From an uncultured Gammaproteobacteria bacterium (GTDB lineage Bacteria; Patescibacteriota; Microgenomatia; UBA10105; UBA927), in the NCBI GenBank assembly GCA_964361785.1, contig CAYIBX010000001.1:5857-69856 (forward strand): a stretch of 64,000 nucleotides of DNA. The letters are read 5' to 3'. Shown here one piece after another: positions 31,468 through 41,161 of the stretch. The position numbers were made by a program, and so were the translations under genes. A model generated the notes under the pieces. The model saw only the letters and a program-made list of their open reading frames with translations. It did no database searches and was not told where the DNA came from. Every line of letters begins with the position of its first letter. Positions within the stretch are counted from its first letter, which is position 1.

Positions 31468-32405
31468 AAGGCAAAATTTTTTTGGTTACTGGTGGCACAG
31501 GATTTGTTGGAAGCCATTTAGTAGAATCCCTTATCTCTGAAGGATCTCGTGTAATCGTGCCTTTTCGAAGTCTTGATCCAAGTTCATATTTTACCACACA
31601 AAAACTTGCAAAGAAAGTAACGCTTGTTTCAGGTGATCTCAAAGACTTTTCTCGAATGTTTGACATTGTAACCAAATATGAAATAGATTATATTTTTCAT
31701 TTAGGGGCACAGGCGATTGTCACTACGGCGTATAATAATCCACGAGAAACCATCGTCACAAACGTTTTGGGGACCACGAATATACTTGAGGCGGCACGAC
31801 TCTATGGAAGAGTTAAGGGTATAATAGTCGCTTCGTCTGACAAAGCGTATGGCAAGTCAACAGGAAAGTATGTTGAGTCTGATCCCCTTCGTGGCGATCA
31901 TCCATATGAGGTTTCAAAATCTTCTGCAGATTTAATTTCTTTTGCGTACGCTAAGACTTATAATATGCCCATTGTAGTAACTCGATTTGGTAATATATAC
32001 GGAGAAGGGGATTTAAATTTTAACAGAATTATTCCGAGCGTGTTAAAATCCATAATAACTAATTCGATGCTTGAAGTTAGAAGTGACGGAACATTTGTGC
32101 GTGATTACGTATACATAAAGGATGTAGTAGCCGGATATAGAGTTCTTCTTGATCATATTGATAAGGTTGGAGGAGAAGCATATAATTTTTCATCAGATGA
32201 TTCGTTAACAGTTCTTGAGGTTATCAAGACGATCGAAACAATATTGAAGAAAAAGGTACAATACTCGATTCTTAATACACAGCAAAATGAAATACCCTAC
32301 CAGTCATTAAATTTTGACAAGGTGAAAGGATTGGGATACGCTCCATCGTACACGTTGAAAAAAATCTTAGCGAAAGTATATTTGTGGTATTTAAATAATA
32401 TATGA
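31455..32405 (+). CDS. CDP-glucose 4,6-dehydratase-like extended SDR
   Basis: VTGGTGFVGSHL, FHLGAQAIV, ASSDKAYG, PYEVSKS, RFGNIYGEGDLNFNRIIP; lies between two rfbF genes. Confidence 0.75.
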   Translation: MGKLKGKIFLVTGGTGFVGSHLVESLISEGSRVIVPFRSLDPSSYFTTQKLAKKVTLVSGDLKDFSRMFDIVTKYEIDYIFHLGAQAIVTTAYNNPRETIVTNVLGTTNILEAARLYGRVKGIIVASSDKAYGKSTGKYVESDPLRGDHPYEVSKSSADLISFAYAKTYNMPIVVTRFGNIYGEGDLNFNRIIPSVLKSIITNSMLEVRSDGTFVRDYVYIKDVVAGYRVLLDHIDKVGGEAYNFSSDDSLTVLEVIKTIETILKKKVQYSILNTQQNEIPYQSLNFDKVKGLGYAPSYTLKKILAKVYLWYLNNI

Positions 32406-33187
32406 AAGTAATTATTTTATGCGGCGGGCGGGGTATACGACTTTTTGATGAGTCTGTGTATATTCCTAAGGGGATGGTTCGACTTGGGTATCGGCCAATA
32501 TTGTGGCACATCATGAAGCGTTTTGCTTTAGCAGGTCATACTGATTTTATCCTTGCATTAGGCACGAAAGGAGAGCTTATCCGAGATTACTTTTTGCATT
32601 ACGACAGATACGTAGCGGATACACAAATCACTCTTGGATCAGAAAAGATTGAAATATTGTCGAAACATCAGGAAGAAAAATGGCGTATTACTTTTGTGGA
32701 TACGGGCGAGAATTCTAATTCAGGATCCCGGATACACAGATGCAAAGAATATATTCAGGATGAAGATTTTTTTATTACCTACGCGGATACTCTAGCGGAT
32801 GTGGATATCCCCAGATTAGTCCAATTTCACAAAAAATTAAATAAAACTCTCACACTTACGGGTGTTATACCGCCATATCGCGAAGGAGAGTATATCGTAG
32901 AGAAGAATTTAATCACAGGTCCGTATGACGCAAAGAAAGATGTTGCGGTAAAGCGTCAGAGGTATGTGAATGGCGGATATATGATGGCAAACACTAAGCT
33001 CATGTCATATTTGACATCTTTTAGTGAATGCCGTTTAGAATCGGAAGTGTTTACGAATTTAATAAAAGAAAATCAACTTGCGTTATTTCCACATCATAAA
33101 TTTTGGCGATGGCTTGATACGGATAGGGATTATCTTTATTTGCAGGAATTAGTGGATAAAAACGCAATGTATTGGTTGCAGGAATAA
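32402..33187 (+). CDS. Second, divergent sugar-1-phosphate cytidylyltransferase (RfbF-like)
   Basis: ILCGGRGIRL..PKGMV..G.RPILWHIMK, VDTG, TYAD, VNGGY, FWRWLDT. Confidence 0.8.
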   Translation: MKVIILCGGRGIRLFDESVYIPKGMVRLGYRPILWHIMKRFALAGHTDFILALGTKGELIRDYFLHYDRYVADTQITLGSEKIEILSKHQEEKWRITFVDTGENSNSGSRIHRCKEYIQDEDFFITYADTLADVDIPRLVQFHKKLNKTLTLTGVIPPYREGEYIVEKNLITGPYDAKKDVAVKRQRYVNGGYMMANTKLMSYLTSFSECRLESEVFTNLIKENQLALFPHHKFWRWLDTDRDYLYLQELVDKNAMYWLQE

Positions 33188-33200
33188 GGAGTAATGCTCT

Positions 33201-33737
33201 ATGAGTAAGGAACAGAGAGTTGTTATGATTGCCGGTAATGGATTCGACGAAGTGGAAGTAAAAGTTCCGATGGAATATCTGCCAAAGAATGGTATTGAAC
33301 TTGATCTGGCCACGCTATACAGAACTGCCGACGTGCCGATAGAAGGAAAAAAGGGGTATCGGATAGAGCCGACCGTACATGTTTCTGATTTAAAGCCGGA
33401 AAATTATGATGCGGTATTGCTCCCTGGCGGGCATGAGGGGCCGGACCGCGTACGCGGAAATGAGACGGTCATTAAATTCGTTCAGGACATGAATGCATCT
33501 GGAAAGATCGTTGCGGCGATTTGCCATGGGCCATGGGTGCTTTGTACTGCCGAAATTCTTCATGGAAAAAAAGCGACATGTTACCCTGCTATGAAAGCCG
33601 ATCTTGTTCATGCAGGAGCTATATATGTTTCTGAAAATGTTGTGGCAGATGGAAATCTTATTACAGCAGACAGACCAGAAACGAGTGAGGCGTGGTGTAA
33701 TAAAATCGTAGAAGTTTTACATAAGAAACAAGAATGA
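33201..33737 (+). CDS. DJ-1/PfpI family protein (glyoxalase III/deglycase/peptidase)
   Basis: GFDEVE, YDAVLLPGG, AAICHGPW catalytic Cys-His, VVADGNLITA; SD TAAGGAG upstream. Confidence 0.9.
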   Translation: MSKEQRVVMIAGNGFDEVEVKVPMEYLPKNGIELDLATLYRTADVPIEGKKGYRIEPTVHVSDLKPENYDAVLLPGGHEGPDRVRGNETVIKFVQDMNASGKIVAAICHGPWVLCTAEILHGKKATCYPAMKADLVHAGAIYVSENVVADGNLITADRPETSEAWCNKIVEVLHKKQE

Positions 33738-33787
33738 GGACGCAGCATCCTGATTGAGCGTTTTATTATTCATGATTTCCCATTTTT

Positions 33788-34558
33788 ATGATCAATCGCT
33801 TTTATAGGTCGAAATTTGATATCGAAAATTTGTCCAAACTTCGTACCTCAATTCCTACAGATGTCGATAATTTTAACTATCGGGGTATTGTGGTTAATAA
33901 ACCATGGGGATATGAATATCTATTGTATGAAAATCATGATGTCGCAGCGTGGGTATTGCATTTAAATAATAATCATAAAACATCTATGCATTGTCATCCT
34001 AATAAAAAAACGTCTCTTATAGTTGTTTCAGGTGAAGTTGTATGTAGTACTCTTGAGGGTTGGCTAACGAGAAAGCAGGGAGATGGAATAATCATTGAGG
34101 AAGGGGTATTTCATACCACGCGTGCAGTTTCCAAAGGTGGGGCGCTCGTTATAGAAGTGGAATGTCCACCGAATAAAAAAGATCTTGTTAGGCTAAAAGA
34201 TGCGTATGGTAGGGAAGATCAGGGATATGAGGGAGCCTCTCAAATGTCAAAGAATCTCGACGCATATACCTATGTAGATTTTCATACATATTCCAATGGC
34301 AAAAAAATGGAAAAATTACTTGATCACACAACGCTTACAATTGCTCATCATCCATATACCAAAGACGTTGGTGAATGTATTCGAAAAGCACGCGGGGAGC
34401 TTTTTTGTTTACTCAAGGGGAAGCTGCATGATGTTGATGGTCGATTGATTTTATCTGCTGGTGAAGTGGCGTTAGTTTCTTCATTGCGCAATATGACACA
34501 CATAGAAAATTTCTCTGATATACTCTATCTCACCTTATCTTATGGCAAAAACAGTTAA
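33788..34558 (+). CDS. Cupin-domain protein (mannose-6-phosphate isomerase-like)
   Basis: KPWGYE, TSMHCHPNK, VVSG, VFH, EVE..P...DLVRL.DAYGR. Confidence 0.7.
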   Translation: MINRFYRSKFDIENLSKLRTSIPTDVDNFNYRGIVVNKPWGYEYLLYENHDVAAWVLHLNNNHKTSMHCHPNKKTSLIVVSGEVVCSTLEGWLTRKQGDGIIIEEGVFHTTRAVSKGGALVIEVECPPNKKDLVRLKDAYGREDQGYEGASQMSKNLDAYTYVDFHTYSNGKKMEKLLDHTTLTIAHHPYTKDVGECIRKARGELFCLLKGKLHDVDGRLILSAGEVALVSSLRNMTHIENFSDILYLTLSYGKNS

Positions 34559-36356
34559 ACTCTCAGATTATATCGTCTCATTTTTTGTAAATAACGGCAT
34601 TCGTGACGCGTTTATGGTGACTGGTGGCGGGGCTATGCATCTGAATGAATCGTTTGGTAATAATCCGCGTTTACGATATTGGTGTAATCATCATGAGCAG
34701 GCTTCGGCAATAGGAGCAGAAGGATATACTCGGCTTTCTGGAAAAATTGCCGCTGTACAGGTTACTACTGGACCGGGAGGAACGAACGCAATTACCGGAC
34801 TTATAGGTATGTGGCTTGATTCTATTCCCGGTCTGTATATTTCCGGTCAGGCGAAGTTAGAGATGACGGTAGGTGATACCAAAGTCCGGCAAATCGGTTT
34901 ACAGGAAATACCGATTGTTCCGGTTGTTCAATCAATTACTAAATATGCGGTCATGATTACGGATCCGAATAAGATTAAATATCATTTAGAAAAAGCTTTA
35001 TATTTGGCTACAACTGGCCGACCAGGACCCTGTTGGATAGATGTTCCTCTCGATATACAGGCAGCAATGATTGATCCGGAGAGTTTGCCGGCATTCTCTC
35101 CGAATGAAGTTTCTATTGATATCGATAGTGAAACATCACTTCAGAATGCAGTAGATAAAACTGTGACGCTTTTAAAAATCAAGAAGCGCCCGGTGATGCT
35201 CGCCGGTAACGGAATTCGTCTTTCCGGCGCAGCTGATTTATTTCTTCGACTTGCTGAACGTCTCAACATACCTGTATTGACTGCGGTAACGGCTCATGAC
35301 TTGATCCCATCAGATCACCCGCTTTTCTTCGGCCGCCCGGCATTATTTGGTGAGCGCGTAGGAAATTTTGTCGTGCAGAATTGTGACTTACTGATCAGTA
35401 TCGGTACACGACTTTCGACGTGGACCATTTCGTATGCCTATGACACGTTTGCGCGTGCTGCTACACACGTTATGGTGGATATTGACCGAGAGGAACTCAA
35501 AAAGAAAACAGTACATCCAGATATACTAGTTTGTGCCGACGCAAAGATATTTATAGAAAGATTAAGTCAACAAACAAAAAATACCATATTTCCTCACCGT
35601 GAGGAATGGTTTGATTACTGCAAAAGAATCAGAACGGCATATCCTGCAGTGACGACTGAAATGAAGAGTCAAAAAAAATATGTTAATTCTTATTATTTTA
35701 TGGACGTGCTTTCAGATTGTATGAAGGAAAATGAAGTTATCGTTGTGGGTGATGGCACGGCATTTACGTGTACTTATCAGAGTATCCGAATTAAAAAAGG
35801 CCAACGCCTGATCGGAAACATCGGTTCTGCTCCGATGGGATATGATATCTCTGCAGCAATCGGTGCTTGTATTGCCAATGGGAAAAAACGAGTTGTATGT
35901 ATAGCAGGTGACGGGAGTATTCAGCTTAATATCCAGGAATTGCAGACAATTGTGCATCATAAATTTCCGATAAAAATATTTCTTATCAATAATAATGGAT
36001 ATCTTGCGATACGTAACACGCAAAAGAATTTTTTTAATCATCTTGTAGGAGAGGGTCCTAAAAGTGGTATTAGCTTTCCTAATATGCAAAAAATTGCAAA
36101 AGCGTATGGAATTACATCTGATCGTGTATCGACACATAAGAGCTTAAAGAAAAAGATACAAAAGGCACTTGCGGCACGCGGGCCCTATATACTTGAGATA
36201 ATGATGGATCCATGGCAGCCGTTAATTCCGAAAGTTTCTTCATATGTGCGTGCAGATGGTAAGCTCATCTCTAAGCCTATGGAAGATATGTGGCCATTTT
36301 TACCCCGAGAAGAGTTTCTAAAGAATATGATCGTTCCTCCCTTGAATGAGACATGA
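34542..36356 (+). CDS. ThDP-dependent acetolactate-synthase-like enzyme, YerE-like carboligase
   Basis: VTGGGAMHL, HHEQA, TTGPGGTNA, RQIGLQE, GRPGP.W.D.PLD.Q, ThDP motif GDGS..LN.QEL...NNNGY; CDP-dideoxysugar context. Confidence 0.8.
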   Translation: MAKTVKLSDYIVSFFVNNGIRDAFMVTGGGAMHLNESFGNNPRLRYWCNHHEQASAIGAEGYTRLSGKIAAVQVTTGPGGTNAITGLIGMWLDSIPGLYISGQAKLEMTVGDTKVRQIGLQEIPIVPVVQSITKYAVMITDPNKIKYHLEKALYLATTGRPGPCWIDVPLDIQAAMIDPESLPAFSPNEVSIDIDSETSLQNAVDKTVTLLKIKKRPVMLAGNGIRLSGAADLFLRLAERLNIPVLTAVTAHDLIPSDHPLFFGRPALFGERVGNFVVQNCDLLISIGTRLSTWTISYAYDTFARAATHVMVDIDREELKKKTVHPDILVCADAKIFIERLSQQTKNTIFPHREEWFDYCKRIRTAYPAVTTEMKSQKKYVNSYYFMDVLSDCMKENEVIVVGDGTAFTCTYQSIRIKKGQRLIGNIGSAPMGYDISAAIGACIANGKKRVVCIAGDGSIQLNIQELQTIVHHKFPIKIFLINNNGYLAIRNTQKNFFNHLVGEGPKSGISFPNMQKIAKAYGITSDRVSTHKSLKKKIQKALAARGPYILEIMMDPWQPLIPKVSSYVRADGKLISKPMEDMWPFLPREEFLKNMIVPPLNET

Positions 36357-36360
36357 ACAT

Positions 36361-37326
36361 ATGAAAATAGCTTTTTTTGACCTTCTACAATCTGAGCAGA
36401 GAGTATTCAAAATAATTTCTGCAAATTACGATTGTGTGTTTAATAAATCGTCACTTACGAAACAAATTGCCTCCACAATTTCTGACACGCAAGTTCTCTA
36501 CATACGAAGTATTGCAAAACTTACAAAAGAAATACTTGTTGAGCTTCCACAACTGGAATTTATCACGACAAGATCGACAGGGTTTGATCATATCGACCTA
36601 GAGTACTGCAAGAAACATAAGATAGTAGTCTCGAGTGTTCCGACGTATGCCACGAATGCAGTTGCTGAGCATACATTTGCATTATTGCTCGGGTTATCCA
36701 GAAAACTATTATTGTGCATCAATCAAACGAAGCATGGCATTGTCGACGCAGAAAAATTGCGCGGGTTTGAATTGAAAGGCAAGACATTGGGAGTTATAGG
36801 ATTTGGAAACATAGGTTCACGGGTCGTTGAAATAGCGCGCGGATTTGACATGCATATACTTGTTACGACAAAACATCCGAGCACTTCGCGCGCAAATAAG
36901 CATAGAGTTCAGTTTGTCGATCTACCAACATTATTACAAAAAAGCGATATCGTAAGTCTTCATGTGCCGCTGACTGATGAAACCAAACATATGATCAATC
37001 AAAACAATATACACCTATTTAAAAAAGATAGTATCCTTATCAATACTTCAAGGGGACCGGTAGTAGATACAGATGCATTAATTTTAGGTTTAGAGACAGG
37101 TGTGCTCGCAGGAGCGGGGATTGATGTTTTGGAAGATGAGCGCGTGTTTAAACGTAAATATCGCACTCTGCGTAATAGGTCGCGGTTTCTTTTGGAACAT
37201 AACAACGTTATTATTACACCGCATAATGCATATAATACCAAAGAAGCATATCAAACCATTTTAAATCTTAGTGCAGAAAATATTAGTGCTTATATAAAAG
37301 GAAAACCAATAAATCGGGTACTATAA
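36361..37326 (+). CDS. D-isomer-specific 2-hydroxyacid dehydrogenase (D-lactate dehydrogenase-like)
   Basis: TRSTGFDHID, AVAEHT, GKTLGVIGFGNIG, SLHVPL, INTSRG, DVLE.E, ITPHNA; alternative start 36346. Confidence 0.85.
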   Translation: MKIAFFDLLQSEQRVFKIISANYDCVFNKSSLTKQIASTISDTQVLYIRSIAKLTKEILVELPQLEFITTRSTGFDHIDLEYCKKHKIVVSSVPTYATNAVAEHTFALLLGLSRKLLLCINQTKHGIVDAEKLRGFELKGKTLGVIGFGNIGSRVVEIARGFDMHILVTTKHPSTSRANKHRVQFVDLPTLLQKSDIVSLHVPLTDETKHMINQNNIHLFKKDSILINTSRGPVVDTDALILGLETGVLAGAGIDVLEDERVFKRKYRTLRNRSRFLLEHNNVIITPHNAYNTKEAYQTILNLSAENISAYIKGKPINRVL

Positions 37327-37334
37327 AATTGGTT

Positions 37335-37964
37335 ATGATAAAAGCTGTGTTATTTGATTACGATGGTGTTCTTGCTGATACTATGAGGGACAATGATATT
37401 GCGTGGAAAAACGCGTTTGCTAAACAAGGGGTGACATTGGGGATTATGGAGTATCTACTGCTTGAGGGAATGACTCCACACGCTATAGCTACCAAACTTA
37501 CAAAAGACCATGGTCTTTCTGAGAGCGTTATAGCTGATATCATAGAAGATAAGAAAAAATATTATAAGGAAAATAATTCTTTTCGATTGTATCCAGGTGT
37601 TCAAAAATTTATCACGTCACTTCACCATCGAGGTATCAAACTTGCTTTGGTTTCAGGAGCAGCATCTCATCGTATAGAAGAGATGACTCCGAAAGAATTG
37701 CTTGTGCTTTTTGATGTCATCATAACGGCTGATGATGAAATTGCGTCAAAACCAAATCCTGATCCATATTTGAAAGCATTGAAAAAGATTGGAGTATCGG
37801 CCAACGAAGCTGTTGTCGTCGAAAATGCTCCATTAGGTATACAATCGGCAAGAGCGGCCGCTATTTACTGTATTGCCGTAACATCAACCCTTCCCGAAAT
37901 AGTGTTAAAAAATGCAGATAGAGTTGTACAAGATTTTAATGAGTTATCATCTGTTATTGAATAA
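37335..37964 (+). CDS. HAD-superfamily phosphatase (beta-phosphoglucomutase-like)
   Basis: FDYDGVLADT, KPNPDPY, VVENAPLGI..A. Confidence 0.85.
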   Translation: MIKAVLFDYDGVLADTMRDNDIAWKNAFAKQGVTLGIMEYLLLEGMTPHAIATKLTKDHGLSESVIADIIEDKKKYYKENNSFRLYPGVQKFITSLHHRGIKLALVSGAASHRIEEMTPKELLVLFDVIITADDEIASKPNPDPYLKALKKIGVSANEAVVVENAPLGIQSARAAAIYCIAVTSTLPEIVLKNADRVVQDFNELSSVIE

Positions 37965-37969
37965 TATAT

Positions 37970-38848
37970 ATGAAGACTCGAATTTTTCTTACGGGAGGCA
38001 GCGGTTTTATTGGAAGAAATATTTTAGAGCAGCTAGGTGAAAAGTACGCTATTGTAGCTCCCACACATACGCAGTTGGATCTTGGAAATGTTGACAGAGT
38101 GGAAGCTTTTTTAAAACAGTATCCTGTGGATGTTGTAGTGCACACGGCAAATATAGGGGGAAATATAGCAGAAAAGAATATATCTGGCGTCATGGCATAT
38201 AATTTACGTATTTTTTTTAATCTTGTACATAATCATAGATATTTCAAAAAGTTTATTTATTTAGGTTCAGGTGCACAATACGGAAAACAGTCATCAATTA
38301 TACGTGTGCGTGAAGAAGAATTGGATACGCGCATACCATCTGACGAGTTCGCATTGTACAAATATGTGTGTGCACAATTTATAGAAGGTACACCACTAAA
38401 CACGGTAAATCTCAGTATTTTCGGAATATATGGAAAATATGAAGAATATGCGTTTCGATTTATTTCACAGAGCCTTTGTCGCGCGTTGTTTGATTTACCA
38501 ATTGTAATAAAACAAAATGTTAAATTTGACTATATTTATGTAGATGATTTTATTCGTATCCTTGAGTATTTTATAGAACATGATCAACAATATCGAACAT
38601 ATAACATCGGGACCGGCATACCGATTGATCTGGTTACAATAGCCCAGCGTATTGTTATAATTACAAAAAAGAATATCCCTATACTTTTTGAAAAGAAGGG
38701 GCTGAATTTAGAGTATACATGCGACACAGCTAGACTACGCAAAGAATTGTCTGGCTTTCAATATACAGATTTTGACACAGCACTGTCTCGGCTCTACGAT
38801 TGGTATAAGAATAGGAAAACGTTATTGCGGAAGGAATTACTCATTTAA
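37970..38848 (+). CDS. NAD-dependent epimerase/reductase (extended SDR), candidate YerF/dideoxyhexose reductase
   Basis: LTGGSGFIGRN, LGSGAQY, FGIYGKYE, FDYIYVDD, YNIGTG. Confidence 0.7.
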   Translation: MKTRIFLTGGSGFIGRNILEQLGEKYAIVAPTHTQLDLGNVDRVEAFLKQYPVDVVVHTANIGGNIAEKNISGVMAYNLRIFFNLVHNHRYFKKFIYLGSGAQYGKQSSIIRVREEELDTRIPSDEFALYKYVCAQFIEGTPLNTVNLSIFGIYGKYEEYAFRFISQSLCRALFDLPIVIKQNVKFDYIYVDDFIRILEYFIEHDQQYRTYNIGTGIPIDLVTIAQRIVIITKKNIPILFEKKGLNLEYTCDTARLRKELSGFQYTDFDTALSRLYDWYKNRKTLLRKELLI

Positions 38849-38852
38849 TATT

Positions 38853-39752
38853 ATGATGAAAAAAATTACAGATTCTCAATATTTTATTAGATTGTATCTC
38901 TATTATTTTGTATTTCAGGCACTACTGAAAAGTGTGTTGCCAACACTTCTTAATACAGAATTAAGCTTGTTTCGACGGTTACACACCCTCGCGTTGGAGA
39001 CTAGATTTTTTTTGAAAGCAGTATATATAAAATTATTTAGGATTCATGTAACGCATGAATCGTTTTTTGGCTATACAATGGAATTTCCTAATTACCTAGA
39101 ATTTGCGCTCCTTTTTATCGAGATATTCGGTATTCAAGAATATAAACTGAATAAGGAGAAAAACCGCATGATGATTATTGATTGTGGCAGCAGTTGGGGT
39201 ATGTCCCTGCTATATTTTAAACATATTTGTCCAGATGCGAAGATCGTTGCGCTTGAAGCAAATAAAAATACTGTTACTTACTTAATTAAGAATATAAAGA
39301 CGAATCACTTACATGATGTTCGGGTGCAGGTAGCATTTGTGACGGGTTTGAAAAAAAAGAATCATTCGTTTTATACATTTCAATCCAATGACGGATGGTC
39401 AGTCTCGGATACCGGAGCCTCTGATTTCGTTGAAGGACGAAAAGATTTGGTGGTTTCTCAGGTGAGGTCGATTCGTTTATCGCAGTTTCTTGGATCAAAA
39501 AAAGTAGATGTCGTGAAGCTTGATATAGAAGGTATGGAAGGGGAGGTTCTAGCGGAATCAAGGAATTATTTAGATCGCGTTGGGGAGTTTGTCATAGAAT
39601 ATCATCCAGGAATGAATAAGAAAAAAAATTCGTTGAAGAGAATCCTCACGTTATTGGAATTAAATAATTTTATCGTGAATGTTAATAATACAAAATCTAT
39701 CATAACAAATGAACATTCATTGAAAATGATACATGCAATGCGTAAAAAATAG
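38853..39752 (+). CDS. FkbM-family methyltransferase
   Basis: EIF..QEY, IIDCGSSWG, ALEA, VKLDIEGME, IEYH. Confidence 0.8.
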   Translation: MMKKITDSQYFIRLYLYYFVFQALLKSVLPTLLNTELSLFRRLHTLALETRFFLKAVYIKLFRIHVTHESFFGYTMEFPNYLEFALLFIEIFGIQEYKLNKEKNRMMIIDCGSSWGMSLLYFKHICPDAKIVALEANKNTVTYLIKNIKTNHLHDVRVQVAFVTGLKKKNHSFYTFQSNDGWSVSDTGASDFVEGRKDLVVSQVRSIRLSQFLGSKKVDVVKLDIEGMEGEVLAESRNYLDRVGEFVIEYHPGMNKKKNSLKRILTLLELNNFIVNVNNTKSIITNEHSLKMIHAMRKK

Positions 39753-39855
39753 TTTCTTCAATTTTAAAAATATGACTGTTAGAGTTTCACGGGAAAAAAT
39801 TGTTTAAACGTCTGTTTGTGATTTGATCTATACCTCGATACAATAGCATCCATAT

Positions 39856-41154
39856 ATGAAAATCGCATTAGCCTCACACATTCGTGCACATTATAAAGCT
39901 ACATTTAACAAATCGAAATTTATTCCAAACGTAACCCCTGTGCCGGTTTCGGGGAAAGTGTTTGATGAAAAAGAAATGATAAACGGCATAGAAGCCGTGC
40001 TTGATGGCTGGTGGACAGAGGGACGATTTGCTGAAAGTTTTGAACGAAAGTTTCGAGATTATCTCGGGGTGAAATATGTAAGCTTGGTGAATTCTGGATC
40101 GTCTGCAAATCTTATCGCACTCTCGGCTCTTACGAGTAATGTGTTTGGTGAACGGGCATTAAAGGTGGGTGATGAGGTGATTACCGTCGCCACAGGATTT
40201 CCTACTACTGTGAATCCAATTTTACAAAATGGTCTTATACCAGTATTTATCGATAATGATTTAGGGACAAAGAATGCGACGGTGCAGGCGATACGAAAAG
40301 CGATAACTCCTAAAACCAAAGCCATCATGATGGCGCACACACTCGGTAATCCTATCCCGCTAAGCGGGATTATGGAACTTGTGAAAAAGCACAATCTTTG
40401 GTTTATAGAAGATTGTTGTGACGCGTTAGGATCTACATACAATGGAAAGTTAGTTTCGACTTTTGGACATGTCGCGACGTTTTCATTTTATCCTGCTCAC
40501 CAAATTACGACGGGTGAAGGAGGAGCGGTAGTAACCAGTAATCCGTTTATCCATAAAGCGATACGGCAGTTTCGAGATTGGGGAAGGGATTGTTGGTGTG
40601 ACACGGGGAAAGATAATACCTGCGGCAAACGTTTTCGTTGGCAGCTTGGAGATTTACCATTTGGGTATGATCATAAGTATATCTATTCGCAGGTTGGATA
40701 TAATCTAAAACTTACTGATATGCAGGCAGCTATAGGACTGGCACAGCTTGATAAGTTGCCGAAATTTATAAAGGCAAGAAAAGCCAACTACCAGGCGTTG
40801 CTAAAAGGACTATCCAAGTATAAAAAATATTTCTTGTTTATGGATGTAGAAAAGGGAGCTGATCCCTGTTGGTTTGGATTTCCTATAGTCATTGCTGATG
40901 GTGCACCATTTACTAGGTTGGAGCTTGTAGAGTGGCTCGAGGATCATAAGATAGGGACGCGAAATCTATTTGCTGGTAATTTATTAAAACATCCGGCATA
41001 TCGTGGAAGAAAGGATATGCGAGTCGTGGGTCTGTTATCCAATTCCGATAAAATTATGAATGATGGATTTTGGATTGGTGTGTATCCAGGAATCACTCCT
41101 AATATGTTCTCCTATGTGATCTCCGTAATAAGCGAGTTTATATCCCAGTATTAA
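39856..41154 (+). CDS. rfbH: CDP-6-deoxy-D-xylo-4-hexulose 3-dehydrase (E1, DdhC)
   Basis: PVSGKV, W.TEGRF, NSGSSANL, GFPTTVNP, AHTLGNP, EDCCDALGS, SFYPAHQITTGEGG, RDWGRDCWC.TG.DNTC Fe-S motif, GYDHKY. Confidence 0.93.
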   Translation: MKIALASHIRAHYKATFNKSKFIPNVTPVPVSGKVFDEKEMINGIEAVLDGWWTEGRFAESFERKFRDYLGVKYVSLVNSGSSANLIALSALTSNVFGERALKVGDEVITVATGFPTTVNPILQNGLIPVFIDNDLGTKNATVQAIRKAITPKTKAIMMAHTLGNPIPLSGIMELVKKHNLWFIEDCCDALGSTYNGKLVSTFGHVATFSFYPAHQITTGEGGAVVTSNPFIHKAIRQFRDWGRDCWCDTGKDNTCGKRFRWQLGDLPFGYDHKYIYSQVGYNLKLTDMQAAIGLAQLDKLPKFIKARKANYQALLKGLSKYKKYFLFMDVEKGADPCWFGFPIVIADGAPFTRLELVEWLEDHKIGTRNLFAGNLLKHPAYRGRKDMRVVGLLSNSDKIMNDGFWIGVYPGITPNMFSYVISVISEFISQY

Positions 41155-41161
41155 AGTATCT

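Noticed and set aside
33738-33752. Short inverted repeat GGACGC-A-GCATCC after pfpI as a terminator
   Set aside because: Imperfect stem, no proper loop and no adjacent U-tract
34542-36356. Branched-chain amino acid synthesis ilvB
   Set aside because: No ilvN/ilvC nearby, and the CDP-sugar context favours a YerE-like role
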